A stretch of 33,631 bases of DNA from Octopus bimaculoides (Eukaryota), in contig NC_068983.1 in the NCBI RefSeq assembly GCF_001194135.2, forward strand, positions 164,546,141-164,579,771, in the 5' to 3' direction. The translations under genes were made by a program, and so were the position numbers. The stretch's first letter is position 1, and every line of letters starts with the position of its first letter. The notes beneath the pieces are model-generated. The model was not told the origin of the DNA. It was given only the letters and a program-made list of their open reading frames with translations, and did not search any database. This document shows, one piece after another, positions 1 to 10,699 of this stretch.

Positions 1-113
1 AAGCCTAGGTGCTTCGCAACAAAATTATTAAAAAATTCCAACAAAATGTGGACAGTAAAAGGTCAAATAAACGTTTACCTTCGCAGCCGATGTGACAGCA
101 CGTCCGTGAGAAG

Positions 114-114
<1 letters not shown>

Positions 115-159
<45 letters not shown>

Positions 160-220
160 ACAGACAGATAGATTGATAGATAGATAGATAAATAGATAGA
201 TAGTTAGATAGATAGATAGT

Positions 221-278
<58 letters not shown>
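115..278. repeat. (GATA)n tetranucleotide microsatellite
   Basis: Seen directly: about 40 GATA units with GACA/GTTA variants. Confidence 0.97.
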
Positions 279-399
279 TTATATTAAAACTATTCTCTAC
301 TTTCCAGAAGTAACAATAATCGGAAATCCTTGCGATTATCGGCATGTTAGGATAGATACATGACTCAAGTTCGTTAACTTAGCTGAACTTAGGAAGAGT

Positions 400-2300
400 T
401 TTTTTCTCTAACATATCATCTTGAAATATAAGCTAAATGTCTGTTTGCAATTACTCATAATTCCTTCTGTCATTCAGCAAGAAATTATTCGATGTAATTT
501 GCGTTGAAACTTATCCAAAATCATTTCAATCAAATTAGTTTTAGAGTTTAGACTTTCATAATATGATTGAATGTCGATTTACAATTGTAATATATTAGCA
601 AAAACATTGCCGAAATATTTTGAAACATAGCAGAATGTGTCGATAACTTCAACATTCGACATCATGGGTTGCATAGGTGCCAGAAATTGGATGTTTGTTG
701 AAAAGGAAAAGGAAAACGATATGGTTGAAAATGAAAATCTACATTTCCAGTAAAACCGATTGCCAACGATGACTTATAAAATCAGCTTTCGAATAATGAT
801 TATTAGAAAAATCCTATTTAAACAAATGTTTCCATATCTATAACTAGACATTTTGGCAACAATTTTTCAGATAGTTTCCCGTGTCTGCTGATGACATCTC
901 TAAAGAAACAAATATATTTGATTCTTATTTTCCTTAATGTAGATTTGCTTTAATAAACTTTTGTTGATGTTGTTGTTGTTATTATGAATCTGTATTAAAT
1001 TGTTATTACTGCTGCTTTTATTCGTATTATTAAGATTTCTTCATTGGCCAATTAATTTCCATGTTTTTATTGTAGTTGGGGTTTTCTGAACTTCCAAACG
1101 TGTCATGTCCACTCTTTTATGGCGGTTAATATTGGTGATAAAAATCAAAAATGGCCCAGTTTATTAACATTTCTGTCATCGTCTAAAAGCATTAAAATTG
1201 AGCTTCTTTCATTTCCTGTTATTTTATTTCACTTTTTTCTCCTTCTGATCCATTCCGATTCAACATTCTATTAAATGATTTAATTCGAACACCCCATCCC
1301 CTAACCTTACATGTACAAGTATGATTGAATTCTCGCGGATGTTGGCGTATCCTCAAGTGATAGGTTCATTTTATTAATGTCTCACGTAAAATCGTTCAGT
1401 ATTTCTTTCCAATACCTTCTCATCGAAGAATTGCTCATATATTTCGAAGTACTTTAACTTGGATGCTTGTTCTGATACGATTTGATTAAGCTTTTCTTTT
1501 GCTGCCAAAGAGCACATTTTTACACTGGCCGTTCACTTTTTTTAATCATTCATCTTCCTGTTTTATTTTCTATGTTGTATCCTTTCGGTTCAATTTTTTT
1601 TATGTCGAGGGAGATCTTTTCGTTCTGTTTATAATATGTTGTGTATTTATTTCCTTTCTCCCTTTTTATATGATTAGGTTTGGATGAAGAACATCGATCT
1701 TTGCTAAGATCGACACGAATTCCCCTCAGTAACACCTACAGAGTAAATTTGATCAATGGATTTCTGGACATTCGAGTAGTTTGTTTTTGTGGACAGAAAT
1801 TCTTCCAATTACAATTGTTTATTCCTTCGTGGCGTTGTCTGCCACTGAAAAGCTTAGGCGAGTGTTTATTTGATCGACGTCCATCTGTTTTGTTATATTC
1901 TTTTTTCGTTATTGCTTTTCCTCGGTCCTGTTCACTCAAAACTCTCCACCTGTTGTGACGTGTGCTTAATTGTTTGTTACCAAATGTCACGTCGAGGATA
2001 TAATTTTGATATGGCTGCTTATTTGTTCAAATGTTTCTACGTGGAATTCTATGTTCTTCATTAGTCTTTTAGACTATCGTGTTACTTTACGTGCATTCTA
2101 GATTTGCTGTAATGTGTTGTTTCTTATAAACAAGGATTTTTGCCATATTAGCCGCGTCTTTTGACACCTCATTTATTGCACGTAAAACCATTTACCGTTG
2201 AGTATTTTCATTCACTTTGTGAAGTTCCACGGGTTCTTTGATCTCCGTTCTTTTGCCATATCTTCGATCAGTTGACATAATCACTTCTACTGTATTATTT
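400..2300 (-). mobile_element. Highly decayed RTE-like LINE remnant (APE-RT region)
   Basis: Manual minus-strand translation gives short motif-like pieces in the expected order: VIGRISVHKNKLLEC (about 1770-1820, endonuclease-like), EILIIRIKAAV (1007-1039, cf. KILLNRIKAAVD of RTE RT) and RETI*KI (861-881, cf. DRETIWKIL). Many stops and frameshifts; boundaries approximate. Confidence 0.4.
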
Positions 2301-2360
2301 TCAACGTGCATTCATTTATAATTTGCTTTTTTATATTTTGGATATTGTACTTTTATCATT

Positions 2361-2576
2361 TTCTTTACTTGTTTCACTCATTAGATTGCGACCATGCTGG
2401 GGCAGCGTGTTGAAGAATTTCAGTCGAGCCAATCGATACCAGTACTTATTTTTTAAGAGTCTGATACTTATTCTATCGGTTTATTTTTCCGAACCGCTCA
2501 GTCACGGAGACGTAAACACATCAAGGCCCTTTGTGAAACGGTAATGATGGACATAAACACAGACACACATATACGT

Positions 2577-2644
<68 letters not shown>

Positions 2645-2837
2645 GTGTATGTGTGTGTGTGTGTGTGTATGCATTTGTGTGACGGACATCTTCCACTTTC
2701 CGTCTACCAAATCTACTCACAAGGCTTTGGTCTGCCCGTGGTTATTATAGAAGACACTTGCCCAAGAAGCCACGCAGTGGGAGTGAACCAGGGACCATGT
2801 AGTTGGGAAGCAAACTTCTTACCACTCAGCCACGCCT
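2361..2837 (-). mobile_element. tRNA-derived SINE, family A (long form with internal microsatellite), near full length
   Basis: The minus strand starts AGGCGTGGCTGAGTGGTAAG (A-box-like) ... GGTTCACTCCC (B-box-like). It carries an internal (CA)/(TA)/(TG) microsatellite at about 2577-2668 and a TGAAACAAGTAAAGA tail. Homologous to copies at 5311, 7768, 22400 and 23636. Confidence 0.9.
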
Positions 2838-3589
2838 ATTCCTCGCCATATATCTCCGTACATTTACCATTGCGTTCGTATTTATATTTTACTTGCTTTC
2901 TTTCTTCCTTTCTTTCTTTTCCTTTTCTTTTCTCAGACATTTCTTTTCTATCACTCGTATATTGTTTTGAATAAAATGTTGTTCATGTGCAACAATAAGA
3001 TAACACTTGAATGCTATGTTCACTGGAACAACGTTCTATTCATTATCTTTTCTTGTTTAATTTAGGCGCTAGCAGCTTCTCTGTCAGAAGCAGCGACGTT
3101 TTGGAACCGCATCTTACATTATTTTTGTATCCAGCTCACAATAAACACACAGTAGGAAATTCATTATTCATTCTGACTCAGCTTGTTGTGGTTTGTTGCA
3201 ATCTGGTTTAACCTTGGGCATTCTTGATGTGATTTTAAACAGCCCTGTCCTTAGTTCATGCTCGTTTTGTTTGTCCAGAATATTTATTTCCTATTTTAGC
3301 ATGCGCACAACATTATTCAAGCAATATATCTAGTGTGTTTAGTATTCCCATGTGACATATATGATAAGTATTAATTGCACTAGCAGTGTTTGTCTAAATT
3401 TGTTTTGCTTATATTCAAATGTTATATGGAAGAGCAGCAGTTCACTGTAAAATAAGGTTTTGTAGCTTTTGGAGTTTGGTGTCGAATAATCATACAGTAA
3501 AAGAACGTGCATTTTCTAGATTTTAACTATACGCTAGATGTGTCCCATGGACAAAAACCTACCTTATTATTGTTGTTGTTGTCGTTGTT

Positions 3590-3780
3590 AAGGCGACGAG
3601 CTGACAGAAACGTTAGCACGCCGGGCGAAATGCTTAACGATATTTCGTCTGCGCTACGTTCTGAGTCCAAATTCCACCGAGGTCGACTTTACCTTTCATC
3701 CTTTCGGTGTCGATAAATTAAGTACCAGTTGAGTAATGGGGTCGATCTAATCGACTGGCCCGCTCTCTCAAAATTTCAGA
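3590..3780 (+). mobile_element. tRNA-derived SINE, family B, full length
   Basis: AAGGCGACGAGCTGACAGAAACGTTAGC head, GAGTCCAAATTCC B-box-like, and central GTCGACTTTACCTTTCATCCTTTCGGTGTCGATAAATTAAGTACCAG. At least 10 homologous copies in the window. Confidence 0.9.
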
Positions 3781-3785
3781 GGCAT

Positions 3786-3930
3786 TTCATCCTAAGTTCA
3801 AATTCCGCCGAGGTCGACTTTGCCTTTCATCCTTTCGGGGTGGATAAAATAAGGATTGGTTCAACATTGGGATAGGTGGAATCTATTTAACCTCTCTCCC
3901 CAAATAGCTGGCCTTCTGCTAAAATTTCAA
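3786..3930 (+). mobile_element. SINE family B, 5'-truncated copy in tandem with previous
   Basis: AGTTCAAATTCCGCCGAGGTCGACTTTGCCTTTCATCCTTTCGGGG matches the family B core. Confidence 0.85.
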
Positions 3931-4274
3931 ATAAAAATTGTCTATGCTAGTATGCTGAAAGATAGACCTTAGCTCGTCTAACCACATATTATATTTTTCC
4001 CTATAAATACACAGCGTGTTGAAACGAGGAAAGCAAGCTAACAAAAAATTTCTAAAATTGGTTATTCACGAATCGGACAGATTTCTCGCTTGATCCACAA
4101 GGATTCTTCCTTCTTCAGGGAGAAACACGATTAGAAATAAATGGAACACTTTACATCCATTCCAATGACAATTGCTTATATACTTCACTACCTATGTCTT
4201 TTAATTGGTCATACGCCAATTTAATCCATTTTGTCTGTTGTAATCATTATTTCCGGGTAACTTTTTGTCTTTAA

Positions 4275-4362
4275 ATGATGAAATTGCTTTACTTTCATGA
4301 TGAAATTGCTTTACTTTCATGATGAAATTGCTTTACTTTCATGATGAAATTGCTTTACTTTC
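4275..4362. repeat. Perfect 22-bp minisatellite x4 (ATGATGAAATTGCTTTACTTTC)
   Basis: Four identical units starting at 4275, 4297, 4319 and 4341. Confidence 0.97.
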
Positions 4363-5029
4363 ATCTATCAGACTTCAACGCTGTCGGTCATCTAACAATG
4401 AAGATTGTTTCCCCTCATTTTGTTTTTAAAAAATACCTATTCACAGCTTGTTAAAACTTTATCACACCAGCTTCTGAGAAGATAAATTTCAGCGGTAGCA
4501 CATTTTGAAAGCAGTGTACCTTATGTGGTCAATGGCCATTTCCTTTTGAGTGTTAACATCCATTTGTGGTTATAACCTTTCGAGTTTTACATCCGATTTC
4601 CCAATTAGGTGTTTGTTTCCATAAAATTGTTTCCATAAAATTGTATTTTCTGTTTAATGTGCAATTTAAAGCTCATTTCGATCTTCTAAAATATTGTTTC
4701 CCAAAAGTTCCCCTTCATTCGTTTACTTTTATCTAATCTATTTCCATTGCATCTTAATATTTCTGTCCATTGTCTTTAATGTCTGTCATCACCTGCTTCT
4801 CTGTCAATAGTATCTCTTTAGACAACGGAATATTTCCTCGCCGTAAAATTATTTTTATCATTATTAATATTGTTGTGTTGCTGGTGGTGGTGGTACTTGC
4901 CAGGCCAGTACATGCTAATTTGATTCGCAGTAATGGTATCTTGAGGTCTGGTGATGCCATTTTTTCTTCAAATCTTATAACTCTTCCGCTAGATTCTTGC
5001 TTAATAAAGAATGGTACTTCTATAATAGA

Positions 5030-5308
5030 GAATTAATATAGAATTGTGCAGGAGCACAACGCGAGTTTCAATTCCAGTTTCTTCCAGTCTTTTAGGTAAC
5101 ATTCTGGGTGCTGTGCCAAGAGCACCACTTACCACACTAATAATTGTTGTCTTAATCTTCCACAGTCTCCAGAGCTCTTTCGCTAGATTCTTGTATTTCT
5201 AAATTTTTTTTTTTTCAATTTCTTTGGTACCGAGTCCGAATTGTAAAATCTATCTCACACTGTTTCCTTTATCCTCCTTAATCATATCTGGTTTCCTTGT
5301 TTCAATCG
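5030..5308 (-). mobile_element. R4/Dong-like RLE non-LTR retrotransposon, C-terminal remnant
   Basis: Minus-strand translation ETRKPDMIKEDK...EKYKNLAKELWRLWKIKTTIISVVSGALGTAPRMLPKRLEE fits the PD-type restriction-like endonuclease C-terminus of R4-clade elements. Confidence 0.7.
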
Positions 5309-5310
5309 TA

Positions 5311-5702
5311 TACTCTTTTACTCTTTAACTTGTTTCAGTCATTTGACTGTGGCCATGATGGAGCACCGCCTTTAGTCAAGCAAATCGACCCCAGGATTTA
5401 TTCTTTGGAAGCCTAGTACTTATTCTATCAGACTCTTTTGCCGAACCGCTAAGTTACGGGGACGTAAACACACCAGCATCGGTTGTCAAGAGATGTTGGG
5501 GGGACAAACACGGACACACACATACATATATATGCATATATACGACGGGCTTCTTTCAGTTTCCGTCTACCAAATCCACTCACAAGGCTTTGGTCTGCCC
5601 GAGGCTATAGTAGAAGACACTTGCTGAAGGTGCAACGCAGTGGGACTGAACCCGGAAACATGTGGTTGGTAAGCAAGCTACTTACCACACAGCCACTCCT
5701 GC
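5311..5702 (-). mobile_element. tRNA-derived SINE, family A, full length
   Basis: Head AGGAGTGGCTGTGTGGTAAG...GGTTCAGTCCC, body as in the other family A copies, and a (TAAAAGAG)-type tail at 5311-5330. Confidence 0.92.
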
Positions 5703-5811
5703 TGCTTAGATTTTGTGGGTAAGTCCCGTAAGTGCCTGTAATTCTCATTCTCCGTCACAGCCTCTGGTAGTATTCGTACCACTTTCCTGATATTTCGAAG
5801 CTACACACTCG

Positions 5812-5835
5812 GTTAGTAGTAGTAGTAGTAGTAGT

Positions 5836-5871
<36 letters not shown>

Positions 5872-5928
5872 AGCAGTAGTGGTGGTGGTGTGGTGGTGTG
5901 GTGGTGTGGTGGTGGTAGTGGCGGTGGT
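5812..5928. repeat. Compound triplet microsatellite (AGT)n(AGC)n...(GGT)n
   Basis: Seen directly. Confidence 0.95.
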
Positions 5929-6066
5929 AAGGCGGTGAGCTTACAGAATAGTAACCGCCAGAAATAGGTACCAGTTACGCACTGGGATCGATTCAGTCGA
6001 CTTGCTCCCCAACGCCCCACCATATTGCAGGCCTAGTTCCTATAGTAAAAAAAAAAGGATTATTGA
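5929..6066 (+). mobile_element. SINE family B with internal deletion
   Basis: The AAGGCGGTGAGCTTACAGAA head is joined directly to GTACCAGTTACGCACTGGGATCGATTCAGTCGACT and a GGCCTAGTTCCTATAGTAAAAAAAAAAGGATTATT tail; the B-box and core are missing. Confidence 0.8.
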
Positions 6067-6540
6067 TATTTTTCCTACTGATATTATCATCGCTGCCCTC
6101 ATTATCCGCTTCCACATCCCCTTGCTAAACACGGTCAGCCAATGGTTCTCGGTTGCTGGGCGTTTCATTATATTCTCCCTCTGTTTCAATATTTGATTGG
6201 ATTCCATCTGCTGTTTACTCTTCTCTACAGTTTGCATGTATGCATGTACGTTTGTTTTCATTATCCAAACATTCCTCGATGAATAATGTTAGAAGAATTA
6301 CACCCGCCTTAAAATAGATTTTCACAGCTTTTAAATTCATTTCGTTTCCTACATTGCTTTGTTGTCGCTGAATAATCTTTCCATAGTATTTTCCTTTCAC
6401 TAACGTATCTTCAGAAAACAGACAAACATGTTTTGTTCTAGGCATTACGAGTTGTGTATGTATACGCCGTAGCAATCTGCCTAATAAAATATGTGTACCA
6501 AGTTCGAGCTGTAGTACACCCGTCCACGCAGTAGAAGTGT

Positions 6541-6615
6541 TACTCAAGCACTCAACTATGAGTACATTGCACTCAACTATGAGTACTCAAGCACTCAACT
6601 ATGAGTACATTGCAC
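6541..6615. repeat. Minisatellite of alternating 22/21-bp subunits (43-bp higher-order unit)
   Basis: GCACTCAACTATGAGTAC core repeated with alternating TCAA/ATT linkers; the 43-bp unit at 6541-6583 is partially repeated at 6584-6615. Confidence 0.92.
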
Positions 6616-6790
6616 CTTATAGCAGAAACAACAGTAAGCTAATGAAGTGCACTACATAATTATTTCCTTTGTCATCTCAATCTCTTCTTATTGTTTTGTA
6701 CTTAACTGTTGCGTCGTACCGAAGCATCTGTATATTGAGTTCTAACATCAAATTATTAATATCACTGTTCCTAAGCGAAGTAATATATAC

Positions 6791-6808
6791 ATGTGTGTGT
6801 GTGGGGGG

Positions 6809-6846
<38 letters not shown>

Positions 6847-6849
6847 TGC

Positions 6850-6892
<43 letters not shown>
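6791..6892. repeat. (TG)n(TA)n microsatellite
   Basis: Seen directly. Confidence 0.95.
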
Positions 6893-6897
<5 letters not shown>

Positions 6898-7082
6898 AAT
6901 ATAAAAATATATATAAGGAGCTAAAATACTGGAGATTCAATATACACCACGTGGCAAATTATGAGTTGAAAATATGCGGAAAACATATAAAAAGTGGAAA
7001 AGAAATGCCTTCCTTTCACATAGTTTCATCTTTTTATAAAGAAGTTTTTAAATATATATATACATATTTTATGGACGTAGTG

Positions 7083-7128
7083 ATATCCAACTGGTTTTCG
7101 CCATTTAAATTAGCTTTTCAAGGGACAT
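7083..7128 (-). ncRNA. Decayed type I hammerhead ribozyme-like motif
   Basis: Minus strand AUGUCC-CUUGAAAA-GCUA(auuuaaa)UGGC-GAAAAC-ca-GUU-GGAUAU. Stem I has 6 bp and stem II 4 bp; the core deviates from CUGANGA. Confidence 0.5.
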
Positions 7129-7497
7129 TGTGAAGTAATAAATTCTTATGACCAAGCGGTCTCGCCGTTTTGTATTCTTGAAAAATAAGAATGAGTCTAG
7201 AGAGTGAACCAGGGGGGATAATAGATGGCAAGAGGGACAACTAACCCCTCAGTATAATTTTTGAAGTGGTCAAGTTGTATATTAAGGTGTGGTCTGTACT
7301 TTTCTATGAACAGGTTTTTCTTGTTTAGGTGTTCTTGTAAGGAGATTGAATCCTTGCATTGGTATAATGGAAAGATATGGAAATTCGGCGTTTTATTTCT
7401 TGCGCATCTGTCCATATGTCCACTCAGGGCTATCTGCCTGTAATGAGAAAAACGTATCTGTTCTTTATGTAACGTGACTTTGCGTCTCAAAGTAATA
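7083..7497 (-). mobile_element. Penelope-like element remnant: GIY-YIG endonuclease C-terminus plus 3' region
   Basis: Minus-strand TLRRKVTLHKEQIRFSHYRQIALSGHMDRCARNKTPNFHIFPLYQCKDSISLQEHLNKKNLFIEKYRPHLN (about 7281-7495) resembles the GIY-YIG C-terminal half of PLE ORFs (R..H, then E..fI..y.P.lN). A decayed hammerhead lies about 150 nt downstream. The 5' side is interrupted by a microsatellite. Confidence 0.7.
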
Positions 7498-7498
7498 C

Positions 7499-7506
7499 AT
7501 GTATAC

Positions 7507-7537
<31 letters not shown>

Positions 7538-7710
7538 TGTATGCGTGTATGTATGTATGTATGTATGTATGTATGTATGGATGGATGTATGCATATGTAT
7601 GTATGTACGTATGTATATATACATATGTATATCTGTATGCATATGTATGCATGTATATATATACATATATATTAATATTCATACATACATACACACATAT
7701 ATATATATAT
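7499..7710. repeat. (TATG)n/(TA)n compound microsatellite
   Basis: Seen directly. Confidence 0.95.
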
Positions 7711-7767
7711 AAAGTAGTTGTATGGTGTCGACTTAATGTGACAGTCCCATGAAGGGAATAAAACTAT

Positions 7768-7967
7768 TGTTTGTCCACCCCTCAATGCTTGACAACCGAT
7801 GTTGGTTTGTTCATGTTTCGTAACATAGCGGTTCGGGAAAAGAGACCGATAGAATAAGAACCAGGCTTGCAAAGAATAGGTCCTGGGGTCGATTTGTTGG
7901 ACTAAATGCGGTGCTCCAGCATGGACGCAAGTCAAATGACTGAAACAAATAAAAGAATAAAAGAATA
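7768..7967 (+). mobile_element. SINE family A, 3' half
   Basis: GACAACCGATGTTGG...GCGGTTCGGGAAAAGAGACCGATAGAATAAG...GCGGTGCTCCAGCATGG...GACTGAAACAAATAAAAGAATAAAAGAATA matches the reverse complement of the 5311 copy. Confidence 0.88.
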
Positions 7968-8028
7968 TACATACACACACACAGACACAGACACACACAC
8001 ACACACACATATATGTGTGTGTGTGTGT

Positions 8029-8064
<36 letters not shown>
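7968..8064. repeat. (CA)n/(TG)n microsatellite
   Basis: Seen directly. Confidence 0.95.
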
Positions 8065-8293
8065 ATGCAATAAAACACACGCGTGTATACACAGATAGTT
8101 TTGAAGAGTTGCATTTCAATACAATCTCTGAAATTCGATCTCTCTCCACTCAAACTTTGTCAAAAATAATTTGTAGTCATGTTTTGAAAGTGGGAACAGC
8201 AGTTCTGGTGTGCAGCAAGTTGTAAACCATCCGATAGGCAGATCTACAACGAGGTGTCGATTACCTGGAGAAGATAATTCACTCTTTTCACAC

Positions 8294-8427
<134 letters not shown>

Positions 8428-8566
8428 AGATACCGTCATGTTGCTCACTCAATGAATCGCTATTGACTTAACAACTGCATTTAGTCACGGAACTAGAACG
8501 TGATATTGATCCGGCGGACAGCAGCAGACCATATACTGCCACTATGGCTGTTGCTGGTACAACTGC

Positions 8567-8606
<40 letters not shown>

Positions 8607-8633
8607 GGTGGTGGTGGTGGTGGTGGTGGTGGT
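8567..8633. repeat. (AGT)n(GGT)n compound microsatellite
   Basis: Seen directly. Confidence 0.95.
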
Positions 8634-8635
8634 TT

Positions 8636-8738
8636 CAAAGTCGACCCGGAGTAAATATGAACTGAAAACATAAAGACGGACGAAAACCCGCTAAGCATTG
8701 TGTTCGGCGTGCTAACAATTCTGCCGACTCACTGCCTT
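8636..8738 (-). mobile_element. SINE family B, 5' half (3'-truncated)
   Basis: Minus strand AAGGCAGTGAGTCGGCAGAATTGTTAGCACGCCG...GGGTCGACTTTG. Confidence 0.82.
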
Positions 8739-8764
8739 GAATTTGAAATTAATCACCATATTTG

Positions 8765-8942
8765 TTTCTAATCAATTTTTGAGGGAGGAAATTAATCGAT
8801 TACTACCAATACTTGGCATGTACATTATTTTAACAATCCCAGTGAGATTAAAGGCAACGTTTTGGATTTGAACTCATAGCGTAAACAACCGTAATCTAAA
8901 AACTTGTGGTATGTCATCCAACGATCTTCTGGTGATTCCACT
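8765..8942 (-). mobile_element. SINE family B, degenerate copy
   Basis: GGATTTGAACTCATAGCGTAA (reverse B-box region), TTAAAGGCAA and ATCGATT positions are colinear with family B; heavily diverged. Confidence 0.55.
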
Positions 8943-9399
8943 AAATACCGAACAGATTGTAAGAATCAACAATATGTCGGACAAAAATTCTTTAAGTGAT
9001 TTCAAATCCCTCTCGGGTCAATTTTGATTTCCATCATCACAAACTGCAGCAGATGTAATCAACGGTTCCTTCCCCGCAAAATTTGTGGACTTGTGCCAAT
9101 GGCAACAGAGAATGGAACCGATATTCCAAGAAACAACGTTATATAAGAACGCATACACTAATGTTGTGCTGGCATGCGTTTGGTGAAGAAATATTAAACG
9201 CCGAATTGAATATAAAAGAATATAAAAACGAGAAACTCACTGGTAAAAACGTTTTCAATGACAAGCAGACGACCTTAAAAACGATTTCTCGAATTTCTCT
9301 TAAGAATATCAAATACGTGGTATATGAATTAATGCTGTGAAACTATAAGTGATTTCAAAATGGTTACTGTAATTTAGTAAAAGAAATAAACTAAACGAA

Positions 9400-9880
9400 G
9401 AAGCAGAGAGGAAAAATAAATAGACATTAAATACGTATAAAGTACTATAAACGCGAGAGAATGTTTATGAATAATGAAAATATACTCTAGAAACAGCAGA
9501 ACAGTACTGAAGAACAAGGAGGAAATATAATGCCAGATGCATGTAAATCAAAGCACCACTAACAGGAATTTAAAATAACAAACTGGAACATGAAAAGGGA
9601 TGTAAAGTGAATATATCAGATAACTATTGACTTTCGAAAACAAGTAGGAATGTTCACGTAAAAAATACATACAGTGTAAACTAAAGATAATACTAAGTTG
9701 CAAGGCTTCAAACCCATAGAATCCAAGAGATTTGAAAAGCTATGCGAGCATTCGATAAAATATCTGCTAAATGTCTAAAAGAAGATATATTATCCTTGAT
9801 AAGGCAAGATAATTTACAGAAACACGTAGCATTTTTTCTGCTTCAAATTGTTGCTCACCATTTTACAGTGAAATTCTAAC
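9400..9880 (+). mobile_element. Decayed RTE-like LINE RT C-terminal remnant
   Basis: KAMRAFDKISAKCLKEDILSL at 9736-9798 (cf. RIGKA.AAF.KL..IWK...LSL). Upstream pieces resemble GLKIN and FTYLGS.VTKDN with frameshifts. Confidence 0.35.
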
Positions 9881-9900
9881 TACAGTAACAACTAATAATA

Positions 9901-10121
9901 ATAATGTTCTCTAGTAAAAGCATAAAACCTTGGATTTTGAAGAAGAGAGTGTGTTGATTACATCGAACCCAAGTGCTGAGACTGGTACTTATTTTATCGA
10001 CCCCTAAAGGATGAAAGGCGAAGTCGACCTCAGAGGAATTTGAGCTCAGAACGTAAGGACAGACGAAATGCTGGCAAGTATTTTGTCCGGCGTGCTAACG
10101 ATTCTGCCAGGTCGCCGCCTT
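9901..10121 (-). mobile_element. SINE family B, full length
   Basis: Minus strand AAGGCGGCGACCTGGCAGAATCGTTAGCACGCCGG...GAGCTCAAATTCC...GTCGACTTCGCCTTTCATCCTTTAGGGGTCGATAAAATAAGTACCAG. Confidence 0.9.
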
Positions 10122-10157
10122 AGCAACTATTAGTAATAACAATGACATTAAGAATAT

Positions 10158-10350
10158 TAATAATTCCTTTTAATTTTTTACACAAAACCAGCAAATTTGA
10201 GGGGAGGGGTATGCTGCTTACATTTACCCCAGTATTCAACTGGTACTTATTTGATCGACTCCGAATGGATGAACGGCAAAGTCGACCTCGGTCGCATTTC
10301 AACTCAGAACGTAAAGATGGATGAAATGCTGCTAAGCAAAACCGGACAAT
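10158..10350 (-). mobile_element. SINE family B, 5'-truncated, tandem with previous
   Basis: ACTGGTACTTATTTGATCGACTCCGAATGGATGAACGGCAAAGTCGACCTCGG matches the reverse core. Confidence 0.85.
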
Positions 10351-10699
10351 TTCCTCACCGTGTGTTTTACTCTGCAAGATCAGGTTGTTTGAACACAGAG
10401 ACAGATATGGTGTTGACGATGACCTTGTGTCCCAACACCATAATTCTAATGACTAAAACTTCTCTTCAATAAATCCCGACTCAAAAGTCATCCAGAAGAG
10501 AACCAGACGCACCATCGTCTTCCAAGTCCTGAATGCCATTAAGGCCGTCCTCACTCATATTCTCTACTATTCTTCTGTTTATAAAAGTCGACTGAAAGTC
10601 AACTGCCGCATAAAAATGCGAGAGTTGATTTTCAAACAATGAATAAAGGTGAATACCAGGAACCTAAACCTCAATTTGAGGCTACATATGACTTAGAAA

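Noticed and set aside
887-925. CTGATGA...GAAAC hammerhead-like spacing
   Set aside because: No stem II or stem I can form; it lies inside the LINE fossil.
2760-2837. tRNA-like A/B boxes (also at other SINE heads)
   Set aside because: No complete cloverleaf; they are heads of multicopy SINEs, not tRNA genes.
4770-5036. 88-aa ORF with a hydrophobic signal-like stretch
   Set aside because: The hydrophobicity derives from ATT/GTT/GGT micro-repeats; no recognisable domain.
4275-6615. Palindromic short repeats superficially resembling CRISPR arrays
   Set aside because: No unique spacers, no cas genes, and a eukaryotic context.
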